Source of the DNA: a virus
IMG/VR virus record: IMGVR_UViG_3300034122_002094
DNA length: 64,000 bases
Direction: 5' to 3' (one strand)
The notes beneath the pieces are model-generated. The model did no database searches and was not told the origin of the DNA. It was given only the letters and a program-made list of their open reading frames with translations. The translations under genes and the position numbers were made by a program. Positions 1 to 9,705 of the stretch are shown here, piece by piece; the first letter of the stretch is position 1, and each line of letters opens with the position of its first letter.

Positions 1-3000
1 CAGTAGTCAGTGGGTTTATTGAGCGCGATGTAGCTCCTTCCATTGAAGGACTCCTTGATTCCGCGCAGCTCGATGAGATCTCCTTGAGAGGGGCGCCGTC
101 TGGTGCGGTCGAGTGCAGGATTATCCCAGAACTCATTCCAGCACTTGACAACGTAACGCTCTGATCCGTCTTCGATGACGAGCTGCGCCCAGTTCTTGCC
201 AGCGTTTCGGCCAGACTTGTACTTGTAATAAGACACCTGCTTGACCTCGCCGCCGATGAACACGAGCTTGCCGTCATCGATCTTGTTGAACTGAGCCTCA
301 GTGAACGTCTGGATGTTCTCGTGGTCGAAACCAGCGATCTCCTTCCATCTGCCGACCTGGCAGTTGAGCGTCTCGTTGCGGAGCTTCGCCCAGTAGAACT
401 GAGAAGCAGTATGGTCGAAGTTGCCCTTGCCGTCAACGAAAGTCTTGAGAAACTCGGGCGGCAGCTCGTCTGCGACCTTCTTCTTGTTCAAGACCCTCAT
501 GTACTCTCGATAGCGTTTCATCGCCTCGATCGGTGTGTACTCAGGCGCAAAGAAGCCAGCTCCGATGAGAGCAGTCATGACGCGCGAGTTCATGACCTGA
601 CCCGTCGACTCCTGGACTGTCACACCGTCGATCACCTCCTTCTTGCGGATGAGCGTCGACATGAAGCTGTCCATGTCAGGGAAGCTGTTGATCGTGCCGT
701 TGTTGGTGATGAGCGCGGCGGCCTTGTCGCCGACGCCCTTGATGGCGCTGATCTTCCAGAAGACCTGATTGCCAGCTCCAGCAGGCTTGAAGTCCTGTGA
801 GAAGCCATGCACGGTCGGGAACAGGAACTCGATACCCTCTTCCTCTGCATACCGCTTGAGCTCGTACACGTTGTTCGGATGCTTGAGATCATCCTTCGCA
901 AACCGCATCTTGGCTGCCCAGAAGTAGAGCGGGTAGCGCGACTTGATCCAGGCCTGATAGAACGAGGTCAGGGTGTACGCAACGCTGTGGCTGTTGTGAG
1001 AGACGATGCCGTTGGCGATGAAGTTGTGCTCCTCCTCGACCATCTCGATGTCATACGTCATCTCCTCGCCAGCAGGCTCGATCGAGACGATCTTGCTCGT
1101 GACTGTCGGCAGTCCCTGACTCCATGCCTTCTTGCGCTCGCCCTTCTGGTAGTCGAGGCTCTTGTGGCATGAGTTGCAGAGGTAGCGCACGTTCCCGATC
1201 GCGTGGAACTTGAGGAAGTCTCCACCACACTCCTCGAAGGTGTCCATGTGGGCTACCTCGAATCGTGCATCATCGCGCTCGATGAGATTACATGACTCAC
1301 ACTTGCCCTGAGCCCGCTCGATACAGGCCTCCCGAGCTTCTTTCAGAGCCTTGGTTCTGCCATCAAGGAAAGCGGGATTCGCTGCGCCCGTCCTGTCGTA
1401 ACCGGCCTCTGTCATCTCACCCTGCCACGCGCGGCCCTTGTGATAGCCAGATGGCAGCGCCCTCTCAATGTACTGGCTGGTCGCCTTCTCTTTGACGCCC
1501 ATCACGAGCAGCTCGTCGCCAACCTCCAGATCGTCGATACACACATACCCGGTGGAAGCGAGCAGACGGTGGTTGTATGTGCCGGTGATGCTCATGCCGT
1601 TCTGAAGCGTGACCTTGATGACCGGCTGAACGCCGTTCTGCGTGATCGCCTTGATGTGGCCGAGGCGGATGCGGCCATCAGCGCTCATCATCCGGATCTT
1701 CTGCCGACCAGCGAGGATCTTCTCGCCCCAGTGTGTGCGTGAGCGCCCGTTCGGACCTTGCTTGAGCGTCTCCTGATAGAGCTCCTCGATCGTCATCTCG
1801 ACAGTGTCACAGAATCTGTTGCGACCACCTCGATAGACAATCGTATTACCGATCAAGCACTTGTTGAAGCTGTACGATGCAAACTCAACGATCTGAGACC
1901 ACATCTTGTTCGTGACGTCTTCCGTATAGCCCCGCTTGCGCGAGCCGGTCTTGAAGTGGGCCTCCCACTTTGCCATCTCCTCTGGCTTCTTCTTGCCGCA
2001 GGCCTTGCGCAGCTTCTCGGCCTCCTCGCCGGTGAAGCCCGCCATGACCTGTGACAGCTTCATCATCTGCTCCTGATAGATCATCAGGCCATGACTCTCC
2101 GACAGCACCTCACTGATCGAGGCGTGATCATCGGGACGCTTCTCGCGACCATGCTTGATGTCGATGAAGAGCTTGTCGGTTCCAGCCTGCATGGGGCCTG
2201 GGCGCACGAGCGCGACAGCAGCGACGAGCTCCTCGAAGGAATCCACCGCCAGCGGGCGAAGGAAGCGGCGCTGGCTCCATGTGCCGAACTGGAAGATCGG
2301 GTGGGTCTGCACGTTACGGAACGTCAGCAGAGCCTGCTTGTCCTGGAGGTTGATCTCCTCGACGCCAGGGATCGTGATACCCTCGTAGTCCTTGAGCATC
2401 TGCTTCGCAGCGGTCACAACGTCCACCGCCTCGATGACCAGCAGATCGAGCTTTGGGCGGCCAGCATCGTCGACAGCGTCCATCTCATACTGCGTGACGT
2501 AGCCTTCCAGCGTGCTGTTGTAGAGCACTGGCAGCTCGCTCATGGCGTCACCAAGACAGATCACGATGCCCGCAGCGTGCATCCCGTTGGAGGTGATCGA
2601 CTCCAGCAGCGGCATCACCTTGGTCATGAAGAAGCGGCTGTGCTTGGCGTAGAACTCCATGAAGCGATCGTTGGTGAGCATCTCATCGAGCTCATCCTGG
2701 CCGCGCGAGGTCTGCGTCGTATGCACGTCGAGGATCTGATTCAGGAAGTAGGGATCGTAGGGGACCTCTTCTCCATCATTGTCCGTGATCGTGTACGCCG
2801 CAGCAGCAGCCAGAGCCTTCACAGCCGACTTGACCTTCATGCGGTTGTAGGTGCCGATGTTGAGCAAGCGCTGACGCCCATACACGCTGGCGAGGTAGCG
2901 GTGGACCTCTCGACGAGCGATGTCCGAGAAGTCAAGATCGATGTCCGGGAGGTCCGTTCGTGCGCTCGACAGGAATCGAGAGAAGGACAGTCCGTGGCGC

Positions 3001-4205
3001 AGCGGATCGCATTGGGTAATGTTGGTCAGATAGTTGAAGATAGAGCCTGCGCCCGATCCGCGACCCACACCACGATCCAGACCCACGCGATCGATGTGCG
3101 CGCAGATGTCGTCGATGATGTAGAAGTAGGGCAGGAACTTCTTGGACACGATGAGCGGGATCTCCTCGTTCAAGAGCTGATCCATGTACTCCTTGAGCGT
3201 GTGCTTGTTGGCATACTTATCACCAGCTTTCTCAAGGAGATATGAGAACTTCTTGTCGAGATCTGGGTCTTGCGCGATCTGACGAAGAGTCGTGCCTGGC
3301 TTGACGGTCGGGTCGAGCTTCTGGCGCCAGCCGTCAGCCAGCCGCTGCTCCATATAAGCCAGCAGGTCAGGGACGGGAGGCTCGGGCAGCTTGTAGTCGC
3401 CCACGACGAAGAAGTCAGTCACCATGTCGAACAGGCGCTTCATGCCGAAATCGAACTTCTGGAGAGCTGGTTCGCCAAGCCGTGACTCAGCCAGCGCCTG
3501 AGTTGGCAAAGAGTAGACGCCGCCGTTATTGCAGATCGGCTTGTCCTCCTTCATCAGCGACATGAGGGTGCGAGATGCCTCGGCGGCCTCTGTGGTGGGG
3601 CCGGTGCAGTTGAAGCTGTACACGACGTCATAGGGCATCGTGCCACGGTCGAGCAGCGCCTCGATCTCTTCTGGGTTCTCCAGCGGATTGCAGCCGATGA
3701 AGAAGCGCGTCTCGAACATGCTGTGGAGCTGGCTGACGATGCCTGAGAACTTGCCCTTGGAGCCCTCAAAGACCGCCGTAGAGAGCTTCCCGCCGCCGTT
3801 GTAGGGCAACACACAGGCCACATCCTTGCAAGCGCCCAGAAGGGCCTCCATCGTGACGCGAGGGCGGAAGTAGAACAGCCCCTCGCGGTCCTGAGAGCGG
3901 TTGTTGAGCTTGACCAGACGCTGATAGCCGTCGTCGTTCAGAGCGAACAGCAGCAGGCGGGCGATGGGCTTGTTGTTCTCATCTCGCTCATCTGACTCGT
4001 GGAGGTAGACGTCCATGCCGAGCAGGGGCTTGATACCAGCCTCACGACAAGCCTTGACGAGACGGGGCGCACCGGCAAGCGTGGTACGATCGCAGACGCC
4101 GAGAGCAGGGTAGCCAAGCTTCTTGGCTGCCTTCGCCCAGTCCTTGATGTTTGCCGTGCCGAAGCCGCGAGAGTATGCAGTGTAGTTCTGAAGCGAGTAC
4201 ATCAT
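1..4205 (-). CDS. dnaE: DNA polymerase III alpha subunit (DnaE-type), intein-containing; runs off the left edge of the window
   Basis: Absent from the ORF track, so translated manually from ATG at 4205: MMYSLQNYTAYSRGFG (PHP-like N-terminus), GRGSGAGS, RFLSSARTDLPDIDLDF (catalytic DxD), GMHAAGIVI, FASYSFNK/SHSVAY, and an OB-fold-like region near position 1-300. Confidence 0.95.
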   Translation of the reverse strand, partial: MMYSLQNYTAYSRGFGTANIKDWAKAAKKLGYPALGVCDRTTLAGAPRLVKACREAGIKPLLGMDVYLHESDERDENNKPIARLLLFALNDDGYQRLVKLNNRSQDREGLFYFRPRVTMEALLGACKDVACVLPYNGGGKLSTAVFEGSKGKFSGIVSQLHSMFETRFFIGCNPLENPEEIEALLDRGTMPYDVVYSFNCTGPTTEAAEASRTLMSLMKEDKPICNNGGVYSLPTQALAESRLGEPALQKFDFGMKRLFDMVTDFFVVGDYKLPEPPVPDLLAYMEQRLADGWRQKLDPTVKPGTTLRQIAQDPDLDKKFSYLLEKAGDKYANKHTLKEYMDQLLNEEIPLIVSKKFLPYFYIIDDICAHIDRVGLDRGVGRGSGAGSIFNYLTNITQCDPLRHGLSFSRFLSSARTDLPDIDLDFSDIARREVHRYLASVYGRQRLLNIGTYNRMKVKSAVKALAAAAAYTITDNDGEEVPYDPYFLNQILDVHTTQTSRGQDELDEMLTNDRFMEFYAKHSRFFMTKVMPLLESITSNGMHAAGIVICLGDAMSELPVLYNSTLEGYVTQYEMDAVDDAGRPKLDLLVIEAVDVVTAAKQMLKDYEGITIPGVEEINLQDKQALLTFRNVQTHPIFQFGTWSQRRFLRPLAVDSFEELVAAVALVRPGPMQAGTDKLFIDIKHGREKRPDDHASISEVLSESHGLMIYQEQMMKLSQVMAGFTGEEAEKLRKACGKKKPEEMAKWEAHFKTGSRKRGYTEDVTNKMWSQIVEFASYSFNKCLIGNTIVYRGGRNRFCDTVEMTIEELYQETLKQGPNGRSRTHWGEKILAGRQKIRMMSADGRIRLGHIKAITQNGVQPVIKVTLQNGMSITGTYNHRLLASTGYVCIDDLEVGDELLVMGVKEKATSQYIERALPSGYHKGRAWQGEMTEAGYDRTGAANPAFLDGRTKALKEAREACIERAQGKCESCNLIERDDARFEVAHMDTFEECGGDFLKFHAIGNVRYLCNSCHKSLDYQKGERKKAWSQGLPTVTSKIVSIEPAGEEMTYDIEMVEEEHNFIANGIVSHNSHSVAYTLTSFYQAWIKSRYPLYFWAAKMRFAKDDLKHPNNVYELKRYAEEEGIEFLFPTVHGFSQDFKPAGAGNQVFWKISAIKGVGDKAAALITNNGTINSFPDMDSFMSTLIRKKEVIDGVTVQESTGQVMNSRVMTALIGAGFFAPEYTPIEAMKRYREYMRVLNKKKVADELPPEFLKTFVDGKGNFDHTASQFYWAKLRNETLNCQVGRWKEIAGFDHENIQTFTEAQFNKIDDGKLVFIGGEVKQVSYYKYKSGRNAGKNWAQLVIEDGSERYVVKCWNEFWDNPALDRTRRRPSQGDLIELRGIKESFNGRSYIALNKPTDY
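993..1859 (-). mobile_element. Intein (289 aa) with HNH-type homing endonuclease in DnaE
   Basis: FNK|CLIGNTIV...TGTYNHRLL (block B TxxH)...YDIEMVEEEHNFIANGIVSHN|SHS; the internal CESC...EVAH...NVRYLCNSCH is an HNH motif. Confidence 0.93.
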
Positions 4206-4325
4206 GTTGTTTTCTTTCCGTATTTGGTTTCTAACCGTGCAGCTTGGAGCTTGAACATGTTGCACACTCTCTGGTGTGCGAGGTCACATGTTTGACACTC
4301 GGGATGCGCTTGGTCGAACAGCCCA

Positions 4326-5357
4326 TCAGCAGGCTCGCAGCTTCTGATGGAGTCGGTGGTTTGGAGAGTAGATTCGTCGGCTGTTGAAGGCTTCGACGAA
4401 CTCGTCTTCTGAGCAGTCATCGGGATCCTTGTCCTCGGGGAGCCTCATGACGGAGATGACCTTGCCACAGTCGGTGGCGTTCGTCAACGCGAACCACTCG
4501 TCCTTGTGGAACTGCTTGCCCGTCGAGGTCTCGTGTTTCTTGAACTTGGCGGTCACGATGTCACCATCCAGGCAGATACAGATCTCTTTTGCTGGAAGAT
4601 CAGCGAGGAGTTGGCGCTGCGTCTCTGAGATGTTGGTGCCAAAGATGGCGACTGCGGCGAGCTCCCGCTGGGTGGATCTGATCACGTCGAAGATACCCTC
4701 ATGGACAAAGACCACGTCTGGCTCGGTCAGGACGTTGTTGTAGTTGAAGAGGTGCTGAGACAGGATCTCAGCCTTCGGGTTGAGCGTCTTCCTCTCGTGT
4801 CGCCCGGTATATGAGTAGAGCTGGTAGGCCTGGTTGTCGTGTGTCGTGACGTAAAAGCCGACGCGCCCAAAGTGCTCCGGGGGCAAGAAGCAGGGAAAGT
4901 TCTGAATGACCCAGGTAGGGTCAAAGCCTCTCGACTCTATCCACTTGGCCATCGGCGGCGTAAAGTAGGAGAGCGAGATGGCGCCAGGGATCTCCACGTT
5001 CGGATCGTGGTAGACGTATTCAGGCAGGACTGGCTCTCGAAGATGGGAGCGCATCGTTGCAAGCTCGGACGGCTGCTCCGATGCAGAGTCTCCGCTATAA
5101 GGCTGGCCAGTGATCTGCTGATACAGCGCTGGGAACTTGCCGGACCAGCCGCAGGTTGCTCGGTGGCACAGGCCGTATCCGTATGTAATATTGAAGTAAA
5201 AGTTTGATACGCGCTTTGATCCTCCATCGCAGAACGGACAACGGGCAGTGAAGTGCTGCCCGTTTGAGGATCCTTCGCGGGCGTTCTCGACGTATTCATC
5301 GAAGAATGCCCGGATGTCAGCCTGTGTCTGCTCTGGCAATGGAAGGTTACGGCTCAT
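4326..5357 (-). CDS. DNA primase (Zn finger + TOPRIM)
   Basis: CPFC...CHRATC zinc ribbon, HEGIFD and LDGD TOPRIM motifs, DKDPDD. Start placed at MSRNL, overlapping the helicase stop. Confidence 0.9.
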   Translation of the reverse strand: MSRNLPLPEQTQADIRAFFDEYVENAREGSSNGQHFTARCPFCDGGSKRVSNFYFNITYGYGLCHRATCGWSGKFPALYQQITGQPYSGDSASEQPSELATMRSHLREPVLPEYVYHDPNVEIPGAISLSYFTPPMAKWIESRGFDPTWVIQNFPCFLPPEHFGRVGFYVTTHDNQAYQLYSYTGRHERKTLNPKAEILSQHLFNYNNVLTEPDVVFVHEGIFDVIRSTQRELAAVAIFGTNISETQRQLLADLPAKEICICLDGDIVTAKFKKHETSTGKQFHKDEWFALTNATDCGKVISVMRLPEDKDPDDCSEDEFVEAFNSRRIYSPNHRLHQKLRAC

Positions 5358-6711
5358 CAAACAGCTCTTCTGCGGTCTTCTCTTTGCTGCCGAACTGGCG
5401 GGCGAAGTCATCCTCGTGGATGAACCTCAGCGAAGAGGTTACTAGCAGACGAATGCGCTCGTTGTCAACCTGACCGCCATCACGAAGCTTGGTGATGGTC
5501 GCGATGCGGTGGTTACTTGTTGCTGTCTCAAGGTCATCGACGTGGAACGCAATCTCTGCGTCGAGCAGTCGGGTGATCTTCTGGCCGTTGGCGCCCGAGC
5601 TGGCGGTCAGCTTCTCGACGTCGTTCTTCTTCTTGGCCACACGGAACTTCTCGTCCATCGGGCGCGTCCCGATCACGCCCACGTCCAGGTCCTCAGCCAG
5701 CACCTTGAGGTCGATCCAGGCCTGTGTCTTGTCCAGGTAGTAGTCTTCTCGCGCCGTGCTGCCTGTCATGTGGTCAGGGCTGTCGACGAACACATAATCG
5801 ATCTTGATCTTGTGCTCATGGTGGATGCGCGAGATCGCCTCCCTGATGTCGGTCGCACTGAACTTGTCGAGCTGGAGGCGACAGTAGAAGATCTCCGAAT
5901 GCTCCTTTGTAGATGTCAGATCTTGCATCTCGTCAACTGTCAGATTTGATGTGTACAGCGACAGATACGGCTTGTTGAGCAGCACAGCATCCAGTCGCCC
6001 GATCGCCTCCTCTGCACGGTTTTCGGAGAAAACATACAGTACGGTGTGTCGGTTTGCTGGCAGGGTCGCCATTCGGATCATGTTCGTCATGAAGATCGAC
6101 TTGCCGAGGTTGGTCGGCGCTGTGATGGCCACGGTCGTCTTCTTCTGAATCCCGAACGGAAAATACTTCTGGAAGTATGCCAGGTTGTCGATGAATTGAA
6201 GCCCTGGTGCAAGCTCCATTCTCTCTCGCCGATCACGATCGCGAGCCATCACTGTGTTGCGATACTGGTGGACCTCCACCTCTACTCGACCGCTCGTGAG
6301 CTCATCCACCCGATTCTTGAGCTCATCCAGCACCTGATCGATCGGGTCACCCTTCCAGACGCGGTCCACAGTCTCTTGCAGGACCTCACGAGTCCGAGCC
6401 TGACGCTGCTTGGACCGGAAGAAGTTGATGGTGAACTCCTTCTCTGGAAGAGGCATCTTCTCCATAGAGGAGATCGAGTTGTGCAGCAGGGTCTTCTGCT
6501 GGCTGTCGATGCTGTCACTTGTGATCAGCGCTCTGATGGCGTTGGGAGATGTGTCTCCCAAATCATGCGCTCTCAAGCAATACTCGAACAGCGCTTTGGG
6601 CACCGCTTCGCTGAGGTCGTTTGCTGTCAGATTGGCGAGCACCGCCATCTCGATCAGATCTGTCTCGCCCTGGAGGATCGATGCGATCAGCAATTTTTCA
6701 CTTGACATCAC
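5347..6711 (-). CDS. DnaB-like replicative helicase
   Basis: Walker A TAPTNLGKS, YVFSEN, Walker B VFVDSPDH and TKLRDG arginine finger; adjacent to primase. Confidence 0.85.
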   Translation of the reverse strand: MMSSEKLLIASILQGETDLIEMAVLANLTANDLSEAVPKALFEYCLRAHDLGDTSPNAIRALITSDSIDSQQKTLLHNSISSMEKMPLPEKEFTINFFRSKQRQARTREVLQETVDRVWKGDPIDQVLDELKNRVDELTSGRVEVEVHQYRNTVMARDRDRRERMELAPGLQFIDNLAYFQKYFPFGIQKKTTVAITAPTNLGKSIFMTNMIRMATLPANRHTVLYVFSENRAEEAIGRLDAVLLNKPYLSLYTSNLTVDEMQDLTSTKEHSEIFYCRLQLDKFSATDIREAISRIHHEHKIKIDYVFVDSPDHMTGSTAREDYYLDKTQAWIDLKVLAEDLDVGVIGTRPMDEKFRVAKKKNDVEKLTASSGANGQKITRLLDAEIAFHVDDLETATSNHRIATITKLRDGGQVDNERIRLLVTSSLRFIHEDDFARQFGSKEKTAEELFDEP

Positions 6712-7541
6712 CAGCCTCCTGTCTTCTTGCGAAACTCGCCTTCGCGATTGAAGCCATACACTCTATATTTTTCATGCAGCAGGTTGGTGAGCGACGAACC
6801 GTAGCGATTGTCGAACTCTTGCTTCGCCATGTCGAGGTTGGTCACGATGATCGTGGCTCGATTCTCTGTTGTTCGCTTCTTGAGGAGGAGCTCGAACAGC
6901 GACAGCGCATTCTCAGTCAAGGACTCCTTGCCGAGCTCGTCGAGCACCAGCAGATCGCAGTTCTCGATATGCTCGATCTCCAGGCGCTCATAGAACGATA
7001 CGTCCTTTGAGAACAAGACCTTGTTCATCAGGATCTGGAGATCCTTTGCGTTGATGTAGTAGGTGTCATAGTTCTGACGTGTCGCCTCATACTGGATGAG
7101 GAGCGCGCTGAAGGTCTTCCCAGAGCCGTTGAAGCCGAAGAAGACAAAGCTGTGCCCAAACCCGAGGTGCTCATCGAGCGCAGCGAAGTAGGGCATCAGA
7201 ATGTGCTTTGTCGCCGACAGCTCTCGCTTCTCAAGCTTCTTGGCTGCGTGAGAGTATTGGTAGACCGTCTTCGGCAGGGGGCGCATCTCACCACTGAGCA
7301 AGCCCCAGGTGTAGGTCGATGGGATTCCCTGAGCGATATACTTTTTGCCGAGCTCAAGATAGACCGAGCGCTCGGCAGGGTTGGCCACCTTGAGCTTGAG
7401 CAGACGCTCATAATGCTCGTACTCTCGCTCGTGCTGGACCAGCAGCTTGTAGACAACCTCGTTGACACGCTTCAGCAGGAGTACGTCTCCTTGCTCTTCT
7501 TGCCTGTTATCTCCGGCGTCACGTCTTTGCGTCTCTGCCAT
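6708..7541 (-). CDS. DnaC/IstB-like AAA+ helicase loader
   Basis: GFNGSGKT, LLVLDELGKE and IIVTNL motifs; directly upstream of the helicase. Start uncertain. Confidence 0.85.
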   Translation of the reverse strand: MAETQRRDAGDNRQEEQGDVLLLKRVNEVVYKLLVQHEREYEHYERLLKLKVANPAERSVYLELGKKYIAQGIPSTYTWGLLSGEMRPLPKTVYQYSHAAKKLEKRELSATKHILMPYFAALDEHLGFGHSFVFFGFNGSGKTFSALLIQYEATRQNYDTYYINAKDLQILMNKVLFSKDVSFYERLEIEHIENCDLLVLDELGKESLTENALSLFELLLKKRTTENRATIIVTNLDMAKQEFDNRYGSSLTNLLHEKYRVYGFNREGEFRKKTGGW

Positions 7542-7831
7542 TTTCTCATCCTGTCTGCGTTCTCAAGATACCCTAGCCAGTTATCAGAGCACGCCTCGCT
7601 CCACCTGCCAAACGCCTGAGCGCTGGTCTCGCAGTATTCGATGAAGGCGGCCAGAGACCCGTCAGGATCTCGATCAGTGTCGTACCCGCCGATCACAAAA
7701 AACGCAACGAGAATTTTGGACGCGCGCGTCTTCTTCCCGGTGAGGTTGAGCGGCTGCTTGATGGCCTCCCAGCAGCAGCGCTCGATCGCCTCGTACACGA
7801 TCTCCTTCTGCTCACTCTTGATCTTGCTCAT
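7472..7831 (-). CDS. Hypothetical protein
   Basis: Fits the operon and has phage-like codon usage; no motif recognised. Confidence 0.6.
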   Translation of the reverse strand: MSKIKSEQKEIVYEAIERCCWEAIKQPLNLTGKKTRASKILVAFFVIGGYDTDRDPDGSLAAFIEYCETSAQAFGRWSEACSDNWLGYLENADRMRKWQRRKDVTPEITGKKSKETYSC

Positions 7832-7834
7832 GGA

Positions 7835-8143
7835 TCAGTCCTCAAACACTGAGTCGCCTGGATCTGCCTGGATGATACGCGGCTGGTTCATCGCCTTGTT
7901 GATCGCCTCGTCGTTGGCGGCCTGCTCAGCCTTGACGCGCTCACACGCGCAGGCGATGTTGTTGCCGCAGATGATCAGCGTGGCTGTCTTCTCGCCCTGA
8001 TCCTGCCAGTTGTCAAGCACTCCTTGACAGACCTTGTAGCCCTTGCTGGCATAGGCGTCCCCGAGCAGGTTGATGATCTCCTCCTCGTTGAGGATCTGTC
8101 TGATTGGATCTTTGAAATCGATCTTTGGCTTCTCTTCACTCAT
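7835..8143 (-). CDS. Hypothetical protein
   Basis: ATGA-coupled to the upstream helicase gene. Confidence 0.7.
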   Translation of the reverse strand: MSEEKPKIDFKDPIRQILNEEEIINLLGDAYASKGYKVCQGVLDNWQDQGEKTATLIICGNNIACACERVKAEQAANDEAINKAMNQPRIIQADPGDSVFED

Positions 8144-9705
8144 ATTGAGTAGTCTCCATTTGATGCAACGCTTGGCTGCAACATGATGATCTGATGGCCT
8201 TCTTGCTCGTAGCGCTCACGTCTCAAGCGGCCATGCTTTCGGAACATTGGGTGGTGGACCACGCCCTTGGGGGCTCGGCCAACGTGACCGCTGTCAAGCA
8301 TATCATAGAACGCGACGTGACGCACGTCACTTTTCACAACATCTTGACCCTCGCTCTTTGGCTTGCGGAGGACGCGCCCGAGCGCCTGCACGATGTACCT
8401 GCCGGAGCGGCCACCACCCAGGTTCACGCCCGTTGAGACGACAAAGTTCAAGCCTTCCGTCAAGACAGTGCCGATGAGGATCTTGGTCGTGCCCTGCTTG
8501 AAGTTTTCGATCGCCTCTGACCTCTTGCTGCCCTCGGTGGTGCCGTTGATGTAGGCGACCTGGTCTTTGTGGACGCCCATATCAATCAGCATGTCTCTGA
8601 CGATCAGGCCGTGGGCCACGCGCTTGACGAAGATGATGACGTTCTCGCCCTTGTGGTAAGCCTCAAGCGCGATCTGACACCCCATGCGGTTGCGGGCCTC
8701 GCCATTGACGAGGTGCAGCTCGGTCTCAAGCCCATAGTCCGTGGTGAAGTCTGTGACGATGATCTCGTTCTGGATGAGCTTGATGACCGGGCGGGAGAGC
8801 CAGCCCTGCTCGATGAGATGCTTCATCTTGAGCTCATAGATCACAGGACCGATGTTCGCTTTGATGAGGATCGTATTGGAGGCCAGATCTTCATCGCCGT
8901 CGTAAGAGGATCCCTCTGGCGTAGCAGTGAAGCCAAAGCGATATGTCGCGTTTGGCAGCGATGAGAAGATCTTGTCATACCCATCACTTGTCGCGTGATG
9001 GCACTCGTCAACGATAATGCAGCCGATCGTCTTGGCCCACTTGCTCATGGGTGCATTGTCGCCAGCGATGCGGTTGACAAGCGTCTGTCGCAGACACACG
9101 ACAAACTGACACTCGGTCTCTTTGGCGGGTGTGCCTGTCCAGAGGCGCCCGGTGGAGACACCTGTGGCCTCTTCGATCTCGCGCTTGAGCTGCTTGGCGA
9201 GATCCTCTGAGTCTACCACGATCAGGGTCTTGAGGTTGAGCGCGGCTGCGACGCCAGCCAGCACGACGGACTTACCACCACCCGTAGGAATGGCGATGAC
9301 GCCACGGCCCTGCTCGATCGCAGTGAAGATCGCGTCATACTGGTAATCGCGCGGCACGAACGGGATCGCCTCAAGCCTCTTGGCTGCCGCATCAACGTCC
9401 AGAGGAGGATGAGGCACGAGGTTGTCGATCTCATACTCGTAGTTGGCCAGCCGTGGGTCTGTGTTCAGGACCTCGACGGCCTGGCTGAGCAGACCAGTCT
9501 TGAAGCTGCCTGTGCCATGCACCAGCGACTGGCGATCAGGTGGTGGAGCGAAGCCCTTTGCCTTGGCCATCTGGCGCGCGAAGACGCGACCCTTCTTCGG
9601 AGTCTCGTAGCTCAGCACCTCCGAGAGCACCTCTTTGAGCGTGCTGTCCCAGGGCCTGATCTTCGTCCTGGACGGATCGACATGCAGTGTAATCTTCTTT
9701 TTCAT
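8140..9705 (-). CDS. SF2 DExH helicase (UvsW/XPB-like)
   Basis: PRDYQ, IPTGGGKS, DECHH, FTATP and QALGRVLR motifs. Confidence 0.92.
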   Translation of the reverse strand: MKKKITLHVDPSRTKIRPWDSTLKEVLSEVLSYETPKKGRVFARQMAKAKGFAPPPDRQSLVHGTGSFKTGLLSQAVEVLNTDPRLANYEYEIDNLVPHPPLDVDAAAKRLEAIPFVPRDYQYDAIFTAIEQGRGVIAIPTGGGKSVVLAGVAAALNLKTLIVVDSEDLAKQLKREIEEATGVSTGRLWTGTPAKETECQFVVCLRQTLVNRIAGDNAPMSKWAKTIGCIIVDECHHATSDGYDKIFSSLPNATYRFGFTATPEGSSYDGDEDLASNTILIKANIGPVIYELKMKHLIEQGWLSRPVIKLIQNEIIVTDFTTDYGLETELHLVNGEARNRMGCQIALEAYHKGENVIIFVKRVAHGLIVRDMLIDMGVHKDQVAYINGTTEGSKRSEAIENFKQGTTKILIGTVLTEGLNFVVSTGVNLGGGRSGRYIVQALGRVLRKPKSEGQDVVKSDVRHVAFYDMLDSGHVGRAPKGVVHHPMFRKHGRLRRERYEQEGHQIIMLQPSVASNGDYSI

